A stretch of 64,000 nucleotides of DNA. Origin: Phage NC-G. The stretch lies in the sequence record MK310184; one strand, 5' to 3'. Made by a program: the position numbers and the translations under genes. Within the stretch, counting starts at the first letter, position 1; every line of letters starts with the position of its first letter. The notes below the pieces were generated by a model. The model made no database searches. It was not told where the DNA came from and was given only the letters and a program-made list of their open reading frames with translations. Shown here in pieces: positions 13,557 to 23,014 of this stretch.

Positions 13557-14191
13557 TGAAACCTGAATTGCTCATCGAACATTGGGGACAACCAGGTGAA
13601 ATTATCGATGGGGTTCCAATGTTGGAATCTCATGATGGAAAAGATTCTGGACTTGCCCCAGGCCTTTATATAGAAGGCATATTCATGCAAGCCGAAGTGG
13701 TTAACCGTAATAAACGTCTTTATCCAAAACCTATTTTGGAAAAAGCTGTTGCTGATTATATGGCAGAACAGGTTGCTACTAAACAAGCTTTAGGAGAATT
13801 AAATCATCCGCCTCGTGCTAACGTCGACCCTATGCAAGCCGCTATTATTATTGAAGATATGTGGTGGAAAGGTAATGACGTTTATGGACGTGCTCGTATT
13901 ATTGAAGGCGACCATGGTCCTGGTGATAAACTAGCTGCTAATATTAGAGCCGGTTGGGTACCTGGTGTTAGTTCTCGTGGTCTAGGTTCTTTAACTGAAA
14001 CCAATAAAGGATATAAGCGCGTAAACGAAGGTTATAAATTAACCGTCGGTGTTGATGCAGTATGGGGTCCATCTGCTCCTGATGCTTATGTAACTCCTAA
14101 ACAAATTACAGAATCACAAACGGTAGATACCGATACCAGTGCCGATGACGCCTTTATGGCTCTCGCAGAGGCCATGAAAAAAGCGTTATAA
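13556..14191 (+). CDS. 21: Prohead core protease gp21
   Basis: 211 aa (T4 gp21 212 aa); syntenic between 68 and 22. Confidence 0.92.
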   Translation: MKPELLIEHWGQPGEIIDGVPMLESHDGKDSGLAPGLYIEGIFMQAEVVNRNKRLYPKPILEKAVADYMAEQVATKQALGELNHPPRANVDPMQAAIIIEDMWWKGNDVYGRARIIEGDHGPGDKLAANIRAGWVPGVSSRGLGSLTETNKGYKRVNEGYKLTVGVDAVWGPSAPDAYVTPKQITESQTVDTDTSADDAFMALAEAMKKAL

Positions 14192-14193
14192 AT
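14186..14193 (+). promoter_or_regulatory. Late promoter TATAAATA upstream of gene 22
   Basis: Exact TATAAATA overlapping gene 21 stop, 29 nt upstream of gene 22 ATG. Confidence 0.7.
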
Positions 14194-14221
14194 ATTATTA
14201 TCTAAACAACAGGACTACAAA

Positions 14222-15037
14222 ATGCTTAAAGAACAACTGATCGCTGAAGCACAGAATATTGATGCTTCCGTTGCTCTTGACAGTATTTTCGAATCAGTTA
14301 ATATTTCTCCGGAAGCAAAAGAAACTTTCGGCACTGTATTCGAAGCTACCGTCAAGCAACACGCCGTTAAACTGGCTGAATCTCATATCGCTAAAATCGC
14401 TGAAAAAGCGGAAGAAGAAGTTGAGAAAAATAAAGAAGAAGCTGAAGAAAAAGCTGATAAGAAAATCCAAGAAGCTGCTGGTCGTTTCCTTGACCACGTT
14501 GCTAAAGAATGGATGGCTGAAAACCAGCTGGCTGTTGATAAAGGTATTAAAGCCGAACTGTTCGAATCCATGTTGATGGGTATGAAAGAACTGTTTGTTG
14601 AACACAATGTGGTTGTTCCAGAAGAAGCAGTAGACGTTGTTGCTGAAATGGAAGAAGAACTCCAAGAGCAGAAAGATGAAACCGCTCGTCTGTTCGAAGA
14701 AGTTGGTAAGCGCGATGCGTATATTAATTACGTACAGCGTGAAGTTGCGTTGACTGAAGCAACTAAAGACCTGACCGAATCTCAAAAAGAAAAAGTTAGT
14801 TCTCTGGTAGAAGGCATGGATTATTCCGATGCATTTGGTAAAAAAATTGGCGCTATCGTTGAAATGGTTAAAGGCCAGACTGACGTTGAAAAACCAATCA
14901 CCGAAGCCGCTATAAATAAAACTGAAGACGATGCTGCAGCACTGAATTATATTTCGGAAGCAGTTGAAGAAAAAGGCACTAAGCCTACCCTGTCCTTCGC
15001 GGACCTGTCTGCAATCGCAGCATCTCGAATTTCTTAA
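14222..15037 (+). CDS. 22: Prohead core scaffold protein gp22
   Basis: 271 aa, strongly acidic and alpha-helical (E/K-rich), size as T4 gp22 (269 aa). Confidence 0.92.
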   Translation: MLKEQLIAEAQNIDASVALDSIFESVNISPEAKETFGTVFEATVKQHAVKLAESHIAKIAEKAEEEVEKNKEEAEEKADKKIQEAAGRFLDHVAKEWMAENQLAVDKGIKAELFESMLMGMKELFVEHNVVVPEEAVDVVAEMEEELQEQKDETARLFEEVGKRDAYINYVQREVALTEATKDLTESQKEKVSSLVEGMDYSDAFGKKIGAIVEMVKGQTDVEKPITEAAINKTEDDAAALNYISEAVEEKGTKPTLSFADLSAIAASRIS

Positions 15038-15058
15038 TTTAATAAGGTTATACAACAC

Positions 15059-16618
15059 ATGAAAAAGAATGCATTAGTTCAAAAATGGTCCGCTCTGCTG
15101 GAAAACGAAGCTCTTCCTGAAATCGTTGGTGCTTCTAAACAAGCTATCATCGCTAAAATTTTCGAAAACCAGGAACAAGACATCCTGACTGCTCCGGAAT
15201 ACCGTGACGAAAAAATCTCTGAAGCATTTGGTTCTTTCCTGACCGAAGCTGAAATCGGTGGTGACCACGGTTATGATGCTACCAATATCGCTGCTGGCCA
15301 GACCTCTGGTGCAGTAACTCAGATTGGGCCGGCAGTAATGGGTATGGTTCGTCGTGCTATTCCTCATCTGATTGCTTTTGATATTTGTGGTGTCCAGCCT
15401 CTGAATAACCCTACCGGTCAGGTATTTGCACTGCGTGCAGTATATGGTAAAGACCCTATCGCTGCAGGCGCTAAAGAAGCTTTCCATCCGATGTATGCTC
15501 CGAACGCTATGTTCTCTGGTCAGGGTGCTGCTGAAACTTTCGAAGCACTGGCTGCAAGCAAAGTTCTGGAAGTTGGTAAAATTTATTCTCACTTCTTCGA
15601 AGCTACCGGTTCTGCACACTTCCAGGCTGTTGAAGCTGTAACCGTTGATGCAGGCGCTACTGATGCCGCTAAACTGGATGCTGCTGTTACCGCTCTGGTT
15701 GAAGCTGGTCAGCTGGCTGAAATCGCTGAAGGTATGGCTACTTCTATCGCCGAACTTCAGGAAGGTTTCAACGGTTCTACCGATAACCCGTGGAACGAAA
15801 TGGGCTTCCGCATCGACAAACAAGTTATCGAAGCTAAATCTCGTCAGCTGAAAGCAAGCTACTCTATCGAACTGGCACAGGACCTTCGTGCAGTACACGG
15901 TATGGATGCAGATGCTGAACTGTCCGGTATCCTTGCTACCGAAATTATGCTCGAAATCAACCGTGAAGTTATCGATTGGATTAACTACTCTGCACAGGTT
16001 GGTAAATCTGGTATGACCAACACCGTTGGCGCTAAAGCTGGTGTGTTTGACTTCCAGGACCCGATTGATATCCGTGGTGCTCGTTGGGCCGGTGAGAGCT
16101 TTAAAGCCCTTCTGTTCCAGATTGATAAAGAAGCAGCCGAAATCGCTCGTCAGACCGGTCGTGGTGCTGGTAACTTCATCATCGCTTCCCGTAACGTAGT
16201 TAACGTACTGGCTGCAGTTGATACTTCTGTAAGTTATGCAGCTCAAGGTCTGGGTCAGGGTTTCAACGTTGACACAACCAAAGCAGTATTTGCCGGTGTT
16301 CTTGGTGGTAAATATCGTGTTTACATCGACCAGTATGCTCGTTCCGATTACTTCACCATCGGTTATAAAGGTTCCAACGAAATGGACGCAGGTATCTACT
16401 ATGCTCCGTACGTTGCACTGACTCCGCTGCGTGGTTCCGATCCGAAGAACTTCCAACCGGTAATGGGCTTCAAAACTCGTTACGGTATCGGTATTAACCC
16501 GTTCGCTGACCCAGCTGCTCAGGCGCCTACCAAACGTATTCAGAATGGTATGCCTGACATCGTTAACAGCCTCGGTCTGAATGGTTACTTCCGTCGCGTA
16601 TATGTTAAAGGTATCTAA
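15059..16618 (+). CDS. 23: Major capsid protein gp23
   Basis: 519 aa (T4 521 aa); strong codon bias typical of highly expressed late gene; paralogous to downstream gp24 genes. Confidence 0.97.
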   Translation: MKKNALVQKWSALLENEALPEIVGASKQAIIAKIFENQEQDILTAPEYRDEKISEAFGSFLTEAEIGGDHGYDATNIAAGQTSGAVTQIGPAVMGMVRRAIPHLIAFDICGVQPLNNPTGQVFALRAVYGKDPIAAGAKEAFHPMYAPNAMFSGQGAAETFEALAASKVLEVGKIYSHFFEATGSAHFQAVEAVTVDAGATDAAKLDAAVTALVEAGQLAEIAEGMATSIAELQEGFNGSTDNPWNEMGFRIDKQVIEAKSRQLKASYSIELAQDLRAVHGMDADAELSGILATEIMLEINREVIDWINYSAQVGKSGMTNTVGAKAGVFDFQDPIDIRGARWAGESFKALLFQIDKEAAEIARQTGRGAGNFIIASRNVVNVLAAVDTSVSYAAQGLGQGFNVDTTKAVFAGVLGGKYRVYIDQYARSDYFTIGYKGSNEMDAGIYYAPYVALTPLRGSDPKNFQPVMGFKTRYGIGINPFADPAAQAPTKRIQNGMPDIVNSLGLNGYFRRVYVKGI

Positions 16619-16633
16619 TATAAACCTTATTAT

Positions 16634-16655
16634 GGGAGACTTCGGTCTCCCATTC
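16634..16655 (+). terminator. Hairpin terminator after gene 23 (GGGAGAC-UUCG-GUCUCCC)
   Basis: gggagacttcggtctccc followed by attcttgtt just after the gene 23 stop. Confidence 0.75.
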
Positions 16656-16666
16656 TTGTTTCTATA

Positions 16667-16933
16667 CTATGCAATCTTAACACGACGGTTGATGATATCA
16701 CGGAAGTCAATACGATTTTCTTGGATTTTCAGCCAGTTACCAGATTTGTCTTTGGTATGGGTAGAGTATTCACCGTTCCACCAGAAGTCGGTAGCATAAG
16801 CCATGGCTTCGTATTTCTTAACTAGTGCATTCACTGCATTACCGTTAGGATTGGAACCATATTTTTCTACCAGGGCTTTGATGTCTTTATCAAGAGCGGA
16901 AAGAGTAGTACGAATAAAGTTTAACTTGTTCAT
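16667..16933 (-). CDS. Hypothetical early protein (88 aa) encoded antisense between genes 23 and 24
   Basis: Minus-strand ORF; start taken at the ATG 8 nt downstream of GAGGAG within the conserved early-promoter cassette; occupies the locus where T4 carries segD (from memory). Confidence 0.55.
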   Translation of the reverse strand: MNKLNFIRTTLSALDKDIKALVEKYGSNPNGNAVNALVKKYEAMAYATDFWWNGEYSTHTKDKSGNWLKIQENRIDFRDIINRRVKIA

Positions 16934-16992
16934 TTTTAATCTCCTCATGTTTTGATAGGTCTATAGTAACATGTGATAACCTTGCTGTAAAC
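16934..16992 (-). promoter_or_regulatory. Early-promoter cassette (GTTTAC -35, TACTAT -10, conserved leader with GAGGAG)
   Basis: Minus-strand reading: GTTTAC-N18-TACTATAGACCTATCAAAACATGAGGAGATTAAAAATG; same cassette recurs at least six more times in the window. Confidence 0.65.
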
Positions 16993-16998
16993 AACTTT

Positions 16999-17006
16999 TA
17001 TAAATA
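16999..17006 (+). promoter_or_regulatory. Late promoter TATAAATA upstream of gene 24
   Basis: Exact TATAAATA 29 nt upstream of the gene 24 ATG. Confidence 0.7.
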
Positions 17007-17034
17007 AACATATACCCTCAATAAGGAAAGCGCA

Positions 17035-18318
17035 ATGGCAAAGATTAACGAATTACTGCGCGAGTCAACAACTACTTCTAGCAACTCATTGGGTCGCCCT
17101 AATCTTGTTGCTTTGACCCGTGCTACAACCAAATTGATTTACCGTGATATTATTGCTGAACAACGTACTAGCCAGCCTATTGCTGCATTGTATGGTGTCA
17201 AATATCTTACTCCTGATAATGAATTTAGCTTCCAAACTGGTGCCGTTTATGGTGGTGAAGTTGGTTCTAAAGACCGTGAAACTATCCCGGAACTCACAGA
17301 TAAGGCCCAGGCTATTGCCAAGGGTGAATATTTCAAGTATCAGAACATAGTTTATAAGGCTCTTCAAGCAAGCCCACTCGCATCCACTAGCGCTACAGAA
17401 TTGACTGATGCCCTTCAAGAAGGTTTGGTGTCATTAACATGTCGTCTGGTTCCTGATGCGGCTCACACAGAGAAATTCGAAGCAGGTGATGTTGAAATTA
17501 GTAATGCAGTATTCCAGGTTAATAAATGGAACGCACCTGTTAAGTCTCGTAAACTTAAAACCGCTTTGACTGTAGAACTAGCCCAAGACATGGAATCCAA
17601 TGGCTTCGACGCCCCTGCGTTCTTAGAAGACCTTTTAGCCACTGTAATGGCTGATGAAATCAATAAAGACGTACTACAATCCTTGATTACCGTATCCAAA
17701 CGCTATAAAGTTACTGGTGTATCTGATAATGGTATTATTGATTTGACTTATGATAGTGCTCCGGAATCTGCACGTAAACTTTATGAAATTGTTTGTGAGA
17801 TGAATTCTGAAATCCAGAAAACTACTTCTTATTCTGGTACGTTTGTTGTGGCTTCAAGTCGTGTAGCTGCAATGCTTGCGGGTTCAGGCTGGTTAAAACA
17901 TAAACCTGAAGATAATAATTGGCTCCCAGAAACTGCCTATGGTTATTTGTTGAATGGATTACCTCTGTTCTGTGACGTTAACAGCCCGTTGGATTATGTT
18001 ATCGTCGGTGTTAAAGAGAACTATGGTGGTAATGAAGTTGTCGGTTCTATTTTCTATGCCCCGTACACAGAAGGCCTGGATTTAGACGACCAAGAACACG
18101 TTGGTGCTTATAAGGTTATTGTCGACCCGGATTCATTACAGCCTTCTATTTCTCTGATGGTTCGTTATGCACTGTCCGCTAACCCGTACACCGTAGCTAA
18201 AGACGATAAAGAAGCTCGTGTTATAGATGCAACCAATATGGATTTAATGGCTGGACAGAGTAATATGTCTTATCTGCTTGGTGTTAAACTTCCAGCAATT
18301 ATTTACGAGGCTGATTAA
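17035..18318 (+). CDS. 24: Capsid vertex protein gp24 (copy 1)
   Basis: 427 aa, same length as T4 gp24; N-terminus MAKINELLRESTTT... and overall gp23/gp24 fold-family similarity. Confidence 0.92.
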   Translation: MAKINELLRESTTTSSNSLGRPNLVALTRATTKLIYRDIIAEQRTSQPIAALYGVKYLTPDNEFSFQTGAVYGGEVGSKDRETIPELTDKAQAIAKGEYFKYQNIVYKALQASPLASTSATELTDALQEGLVSLTCRLVPDAAHTEKFEAGDVEISNAVFQVNKWNAPVKSRKLKTALTVELAQDMESNGFDAPAFLEDLLATVMADEINKDVLQSLITVSKRYKVTGVSDNGIIDLTYDSAPESARKLYEIVCEMNSEIQKTTSYSGTFVVASSRVAAMLAGSGWLKHKPEDNNWLPETAYGYLLNGLPLFCDVNSPLDYVIVGVKENYGGNEVVGSIFYAPYTEGLDLDDQEHVGAYKVIVDPDSLQPSISLMVRYALSANPYTVAKDDKEARVIDATNMDLMAGQSNMSYLLGVKLPAIIYEAD

Positions 18319-19598
18319 TGTCTAAGATTATAGACCTAATTAAAGAATCCACATTGACGGCTGCCAACTCGGTTGGCCGTCCTGCTCTTCTTTCATACAC
18401 CCAAGCAACTAATAAACGAATCTTTAAAGCCCTAGTTGCTGAACAAAAAACAAGCCAACCTGTTGCCGCTCTGTACGGGGTTCGTGTACTTAATCCCGAC
18501 GACAAAATGACTTATCTTGGTGGTGCTACATTTGCAGGCCAGATTGGTATGTCGGAACGTGAAAATATTCCTGAATTTACCGATTCGTCTACAGCTTATG
18601 CAGCCGGAGATATGTTCCAGTTTGAAAGTGTAGTGTTTAAAGTTCTAGAAGCATCCCCTTTCGCCGGAACCACAGAAACCGACCTCGGTGAAGTTATTTC
18701 TGAAGCAGTGGCCGCTGGACATATTCGTATGGTATCAGATGCTGCTATTACTTCTAAATTTGAACAAGGCCATCCTGAAATTGCTGAAGCAGGCTTCCGT
18801 ATTGACAAATGGCAATCTGAAGTTAAATCACGTAAACTGAAAACTTCATTGACAGTCGAATTGGCCCAAGACCTAGAATCAAACGGGTTTAATGCTCCTA
18901 ATTTCGTTGAAAATCTGCTAGGTATTCAAATGGCGGAAGAAATTAATAAGGACGTATTACAGTCATTAATTACGGTGAGTTCTCGTTTTAAAGTCCAGGG
19001 TGTTTCTGAAAAGGGTGTATTAGACCTTACTAACCCGCGTTACGATAATGCCCAGGACCGTGCTCGTACATTATATTATTACATGTGTGAGATGAACTCT
19101 GCCGTCCAACGTCAAACTTCTTTCGCCGGGACTTATGCAGTAGCTAGTTCTCGTTGTGCTGCTATTCTCGCCGCTTCCGGTTGGGTTGAGAAAAAGGAAG
19201 ACCAAGACGAACTGGCTTATGGTGTATTAAAGAATGGTCTGCCTCTTTATGCCGATATGAATAGTCCATGTGATTATGTTATTGTTGGTGTAAATGCTCA
19301 GATGGGTGAAGGACAGACGGTCGCATCTTTATATTATGCGCCTTATACGGAAGGTTTGGATGTGGTTGATGAAGAAGGTGATACTTCAGTAGGTGAATTT
19401 AAGGTTATTGTTGACCCGGAAAGCTTACAACCTACAGTAGCATTGCTTGCTCGTTATGCATTGACTGCAAACCCTTATACCGTCGCTAAGGACGATAAAG
19501 AAGCCCGCATTATTGATGGCTCTGATATGGACAAAATGGCTAACCAAAGCCAGTTGAGTTCTTATCTTGGTGTTAAACTTCCACCACTAGAAAAATAA
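18318..19598 (+). CDS. Capsid vertex protein gp24 paralog (copy 2, diverged)
   Basis: 426 aa, alignable along its full length with copy 1 (shared blocks KSRKLKT.LTVELAQD.ESNGF.AP.F.E.LL, INKDVLQSLITVS, YAPYTEGLD, PYTVAKDDKEAR); ATGA-coupled to copy 1. Confidence 0.88.
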   Translation: MSKIIDLIKESTLTAANSVGRPALLSYTQATNKRIFKALVAEQKTSQPVAALYGVRVLNPDDKMTYLGGATFAGQIGMSERENIPEFTDSSTAYAAGDMFQFESVVFKVLEASPFAGTTETDLGEVISEAVAAGHIRMVSDAAITSKFEQGHPEIAEAGFRIDKWQSEVKSRKLKTSLTVELAQDLESNGFNAPNFVENLLGIQMAEEINKDVLQSLITVSSRFKVQGVSEKGVLDLTNPRYDNAQDRARTLYYYMCEMNSAVQRQTSFAGTYAVASSRCAAILAASGWVEKKEDQDELAYGVLKNGLPLYADMNSPCDYVIVGVNAQMGEGQTVASLYYAPYTEGLDVVDEEGDTSVGEFKVIVDPESLQPTVALLARYALTANPYTVAKDDKEARIIDGSDMDKMANQSQLSSYLGVKLPPLEK

Positions 19599-19622
19599 AA
19601 GGGACCGTAAGGTCCCTTTATT
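19599..19622. terminator. Bidirectional hairpin terminator between gp24 paralog (+) and rnlB (-)
   Basis: aaagggaccgtaaggtcccttta perfect palindromic hairpin flanked by A-run and T-run. Confidence 0.75.
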
Positions 19623-19624
19623 GT

Positions 19625-20632
19625 TTATTTGGATACTAATTCAATCCATACGGCTCTTAAGGTATCTTTTACACACTCAACGAGCTGCTTTTTAACTTCA
19701 ACAGGGTTTTCTGCATCGGTTAATTCTAATTCTTCACGGGCTGCCTCTTCCAAAATATCTTGGACCGTTAGTCCCATTACCTTTCCGAAATCTTTAGGTG
19801 ATACTTCACCAATCTTACTGATAACGTTGTTAATACGGTTAACAGTCACATAATCAGTGAATTGCCACATCAAGTCCATATCGTCTTGGGACAATACCAC
19901 TGGAACCTTAATAGGCTTGTCAGACTTTTTCTTCTCGCTGAATTTAGAGTTCTTACATTTAATAGCTACACGATTTCCGTTTGGAAGCCAGAGTGGGTAG
20001 CAAGGTTTTAATACATACCCTTCAGCCGTAAATACTTCGCCTTTTGCTTCAGACTTCCATACACGGGCATTAGCTTCAATTAACCCGACATTATCTACCA
20101 TAAAATTATAATCTTGGACAACAGAATCTAAATCATTTGGCAATTTAATAAGGTCTTCAAATTTACCACGGCCTAAAAGTGGGGCAACTTTAAATCGAAA
20201 TGTCTTACAGAATGATTCCAACATATAATCATCGACATAAGTCACATCGCCACTTTCTGTGGTAACAATAATGTCAAATACATAAAAATCTTTATCACCA
20301 TAATCAACATTCTTCTGAATGCCAGGCCCGGCTAGTTCACCAAAAACTTGATAAGATACAGCAGCTGAAGTTTCCATGATATCTTGTACTGCTTTAATGG
20401 AATCAGCATAATTCTTTAAAACAATTTCATAACCAAAGAAATCTTCGGCTGGGAGAATTGGGCCAGTTCGCTTGGCACATGTGACTGCGCCACGTTCTAT
20501 GATTAAACTAAAGTTGGTTCCATGAATCTTCTCACGTGCTACCCATTCACCACCAGTCAAACCATGGATACGGAGTTTTTCGATAAACTTACTGTTGTAG
20601 TGGTTTTCGAGACTGCTATATTTCTTAAACAT
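19625..20632 (-). CDS. rnlB: RNA ligase 2 (Rnl2)
   Basis: N-terminus [20 protein letters not shown]... and nucleotidyltransferase motif I KIHGTN match T4 Rnl2; start set at the M aligning with T4 Rnl2 start. Confidence 0.93.
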   Translation of the reverse strand: MFKKYSSLENHYNSKFIEKLRIHGLTGGEWVAREKIHGTNFSLIIERGAVTCAKRTGPILPAEDFFGYEIVLKNYADSIKAVQDIMETSAAVSYQVFGELAGPGIQKNVDYGDKDFYVFDIIVTTESGDVTYVDDYMLESFCKTFRFKVAPLLGRGKFEDLIKLPNDLDSVVQDYNFMVDNVGLIEANARVWKSEAKGEVFTAEGYVLKPCYPLWLPNGNRVAIKCKNSKFSEKKKSDKPIKVPVVLSQDDMDLMWQFTDYVTVNRINNVISKIGEVSPKDFGKVMGLTVQDILEEAAREELELTDAENPVEVKKQLVECVKDTLRAVWIELVSK

Positions 20633-20633
20633 A

Positions 20634-21002
20634 TTATTTGCTTCCATAATCAATTTTAACTAATTTACCTTTAAGGTAACCATAATTTGAAGGTTTACAA
20701 TCAGACATATACATGCTTTCTACTAAGGTTTGGTGCCTTGCATGATGTATTTCTGTTTTCCATAATCCGATATTCGTAACTTCTTGGGCCCTAGGCATAA
20801 CTATAACAAACCCTAACCAAGATTTCCATATAACAGGACACAAATACGGGTCCTTCAATGATGAGAATTCGTGTTCCGTTATATTGCAATAGAGCCCGGT
20901 TAAAAACAGTTTCCAACTATAGAAGCTTGGTATCTTAATGGCGTATCGTTTCGTCAGGAAGACCTGCCGGGTTGCACCATTTCTTTTTCTGATAAATGGC
21001 AT
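20634..21002 (-). CDS. Hypothetical protein (24.2-position)
   Basis: 122-aa ORF translationally abutting rnlB; no recognisable motif. Confidence 0.5.
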   Translation of the reverse strand: MPFIRKRNGATRQVFLTKRYAIKIPSFYSWKLFLTGLYCNITEHEFSSLKDPYLCPVIWKSWLGFVIVMPRAQEVTNIGLWKTEIHHARHQTLVESMYMSDCKPSNYGYLKGKLVKIDYGSK

Positions 21003-21116
21003 AAATCACCATAATAAATATAATTAAATAGAAGAGCTAGTAATCTTCTGTCACCAAGCCAAATGGTTTAACGGAAGGACCTAGACCCATTATAACACAC
21101 CTAAATTTAAAGCATA

Positions 21117-21326
21117 TTACTTTGAACTAGAACGCGCTTTGCGCCGAACCTTATTGATTAGACGTTTACGATATACCACTTTCTCTTTTGTTTTAAATTT
21201 CTCTTTGGCTTGTTCCACATCAACCCATGCTTTGGCCATATCCTTAGCGGTCCCGCCCATTTTTTTAGCAATTTCTATAAAATTCAAACCAGATTCGTGT
21301 AAAAAATGTACTTTAACCTTATCCAT
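21117..21326 (-). CDS. Small helix-turn-helix protein with basic C-terminal tail (69 aa from second ATG)
   Basis: LNFIEIAKKMGGTAKDMAKAW reads as a classic HTH; C-terminus RKRLINKVRRKARSSSK is strongly basic. Confidence 0.5.
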   Translation of the reverse strand: MDKVKVHFLHESGLNFIEIAKKMGGTAKDMAKAWVDVEQAKEKFKTKEKVVYRKRLINKVRRKARSSSK

Positions 21327-21429
21327 AACAATTCTCTCGTTGAGTTGGTAAACCCATCTTAACATAGGATTTTTAACTTGTAAACAGGAATTTTGTACTT
21401 TAATGCAAAATGGGCCTTGCGGCCCATAA

Positions 21430-22278
21430 TTAGTAAACGTAATCGTATATAATACCAGCTTCTAAAGCGGTGCGATGAATAATTCGACCATTACGAGATT
21501 CCTGTACATCAACCTCTGGGTAGTCGGTAATCATTTTTTGAAGTGTGTATCGGTGCAAATAATACGGGCTATCCGGGTCATCTGTTTTCCAGTCTTGTCC
21601 GGCAAGAGCCATTTTCTGGATTTCATCCATAACCCACCAACCACACCAGATATAAGCTGAATTACGAACTGGCAGCGGGTGGACGTAAGGTAGTTCGCCT
21701 TCCGGTTCAGGAGCAACTTTAGGCGTAATTGTTACATTACCAGATTTTTTGACAGTCACAGGATTATAGTCGGTAGCCGAAACCACAACAGAAACTTCAA
21801 TAACCTGTGAACCTTCGGCACTAGTATCAACCACTAAAGTATCTGTGGTGCCAACTACAGGAGAACCGTCTTTCTTCCAAGAATAGGCAAAAGTAGCTCC
21901 ACTCGGTGCGCCGGCTACAGTAGCTTTAAAAGAAGCCGGAGTTCCTTCAGGAACATTAATTGATTCTGGGGTTAATGTCACAGAAACACCAGACATAGTT
22001 TTATTCTGGATAGTTAAAGTTGTCTCGGCCTCAGCAGTTTCCGGTTCGCCTTCCGCTGGTGTAGTTGTTGCAACAACTTTAATAGTCTTGCTGCCTGCTG
22101 GACCAACAGCAACATAATCCATTGCAGCAGTCACAGAAGATTGAGGAACGCCATCAACGGTCCAGACAAATGATTCGGTACCTTCAGCTGCAGCACCGGA
22201 ACCGGTCGCAGTGAAATTGGTTGTTGCTCCAATAACGGCCGTAGCCGCCAAAGGAGCAATAGATACGGTATAAGCCAT
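21430..22278 (-). CDS. hoc: Hoc outer capsid decoration protein, short form (~2 Ig-like domains plus capsid-binding C-terminus)
   Basis: Ig-like beta-rich T/S/V repeats followed by C-terminal YIWCGWWV-containing domain; 282 aa versus 376 aa remembered for T4 Hoc. Confidence 0.8.
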   Translation of the reverse strand: MAYTVSIAPLAATAVIGATTNFTATGSGAAAEGTESFVWTVDGVPQSSVTAAMDYVAVGPAGSKTIKVVATTTPAEGEPETAEAETTLTIQNKTMSGVSVTLTPESINVPEGTPASFKATVAGAPSGATFAYSWKKDGSPVVGTTDTLVVDTSAEGSQVIEVSVVVSATDYNPVTVKKSGNVTITPKVAPEPEGELPYVHPLPVRNSAYIWCGWWVMDEIQKMALAGQDWKTDDPDSPYYLHRYTLQKMITDYPEVDVQESRNGRIIHRTALEAGIIYDYVY

Positions 22279-22287
22279 AATAAACCC

Positions 22288-22959
22288 TTATTTTAAAGTG
22301 ACAAAAGATGAGTTACGAGTTTCTCGTATTAGAACAGACCCATTACGATTGATGTAATAAATCAAGCTGAATAGTGTTTGGTGTGCAGTAGGATGTGGGA
22401 AAGCAGTTGGACGTTCTTTCCAATCCAGAGTCTCAGAAATCCACTGATAAATCCACCATGGAACAGTACAGAATCCAGGGTTCTTACCGATAAGCAAAAG
22501 ATTAGGACTGAAGTTTTCGGGTAAAGAGAACACAGGTTTTTCCGATTCAATAACCTTGGCTACAGCCTCTTTGAATTTCTCTTCGACAAATGGGGCATCC
22601 TCTTCAATAATCTCTACCTTAGGAAGTTCGGCTACCTCTATTACTTCAACAACCGCCTCAGGAGCATCGAACAACAGGGTTGCTTCTTCTTTAGCTGGTT
22701 CTGCACCTTCGATAAAATCGTTATCACCGGTGAGTTCGTCAGCAGCATCAATCAAATCAGAAATAGACAAACCTTCGGTTTCTGGGAGTGGTTCGTCAGC
22801 CAAGGCTTTAAGGCCTTCAGAGATATCGATAATCAAATTATCAAACGAACGGGTTTTCTTAAGTTTTAAACCGAACTGTTCGCCGTATTCGATTAACTTA
22901 GCTTTAGCTTCTTTTTTATCTTCGAGTGCACGAAGCTCTTCAATATATTGAGTATCCAT
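22288..22959 (-). CDS. inh: Inh-like protein (putative inhibitor of prohead protease)
   Basis: 223-aa acidic protein adjacent to hoc in the syntenic position of T4 inh; assignment by position and size only. Confidence 0.5.
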   Translation of the reverse strand: MDTQYIEELRALEDKKEAKAKLIEYGEQFGLKLKKTRSFDNLIIDISEGLKALADEPLPETEGLSISDLIDAADELTGDNDFIEGAEPAKEEATLLFDAPEAVVEVIEVAELPKVEIIEEDAPFVEEKFKEAVAKVIESEKPVFSLPENFSPNLLLIGKNPGFCTVPWWIYQWISETLDWKERPTAFPHPTAHQTLFSLIYYINRNGSVLIRETRNSSFVTLK

Positions 22960-23014
22960 AATTAGTCTCTTGTTGGTGTATAAATATAGTTATATTTATA
23001 ACTGAGAATTAGAC

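Noticed and set aside
13161-13566. Overlapping alternative-frame ORFs inside genes 67/68 and 21-22 (for example 13309-13566, 14259-14576)
   Set aside because: They are embedded in syntenic, length-matched T4 homologs and have K/L-rich low-complexity translations typical of frame-shifted readings of acidic genes.
15074-16456. 460-aa ORF antisense to the major capsid gene 23 (and similar long antisense ORFs at 14294-15058, 2776-3645, 29253-29948, 30758-31396)
   Set aside because: They lie entirely within strongly supported structural genes on the opposite strand, have low-complexity S/T/F-rich translations and no ribosome-binding sites. Long antisense frames are expected opposite GC3-biased, highly expressed genes.
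16934-16948. First ATG of several ORF-track entries (for example 16948, 41235, 45739) as the true start
   Set aside because: These ATGs fall inside the conserved promoter/leader cassette (CATGAGGAG) or a terminator hairpin; the downstream ATG, correctly spaced from the GAGGAG Shine-Dalgarno, is the more plausible start.
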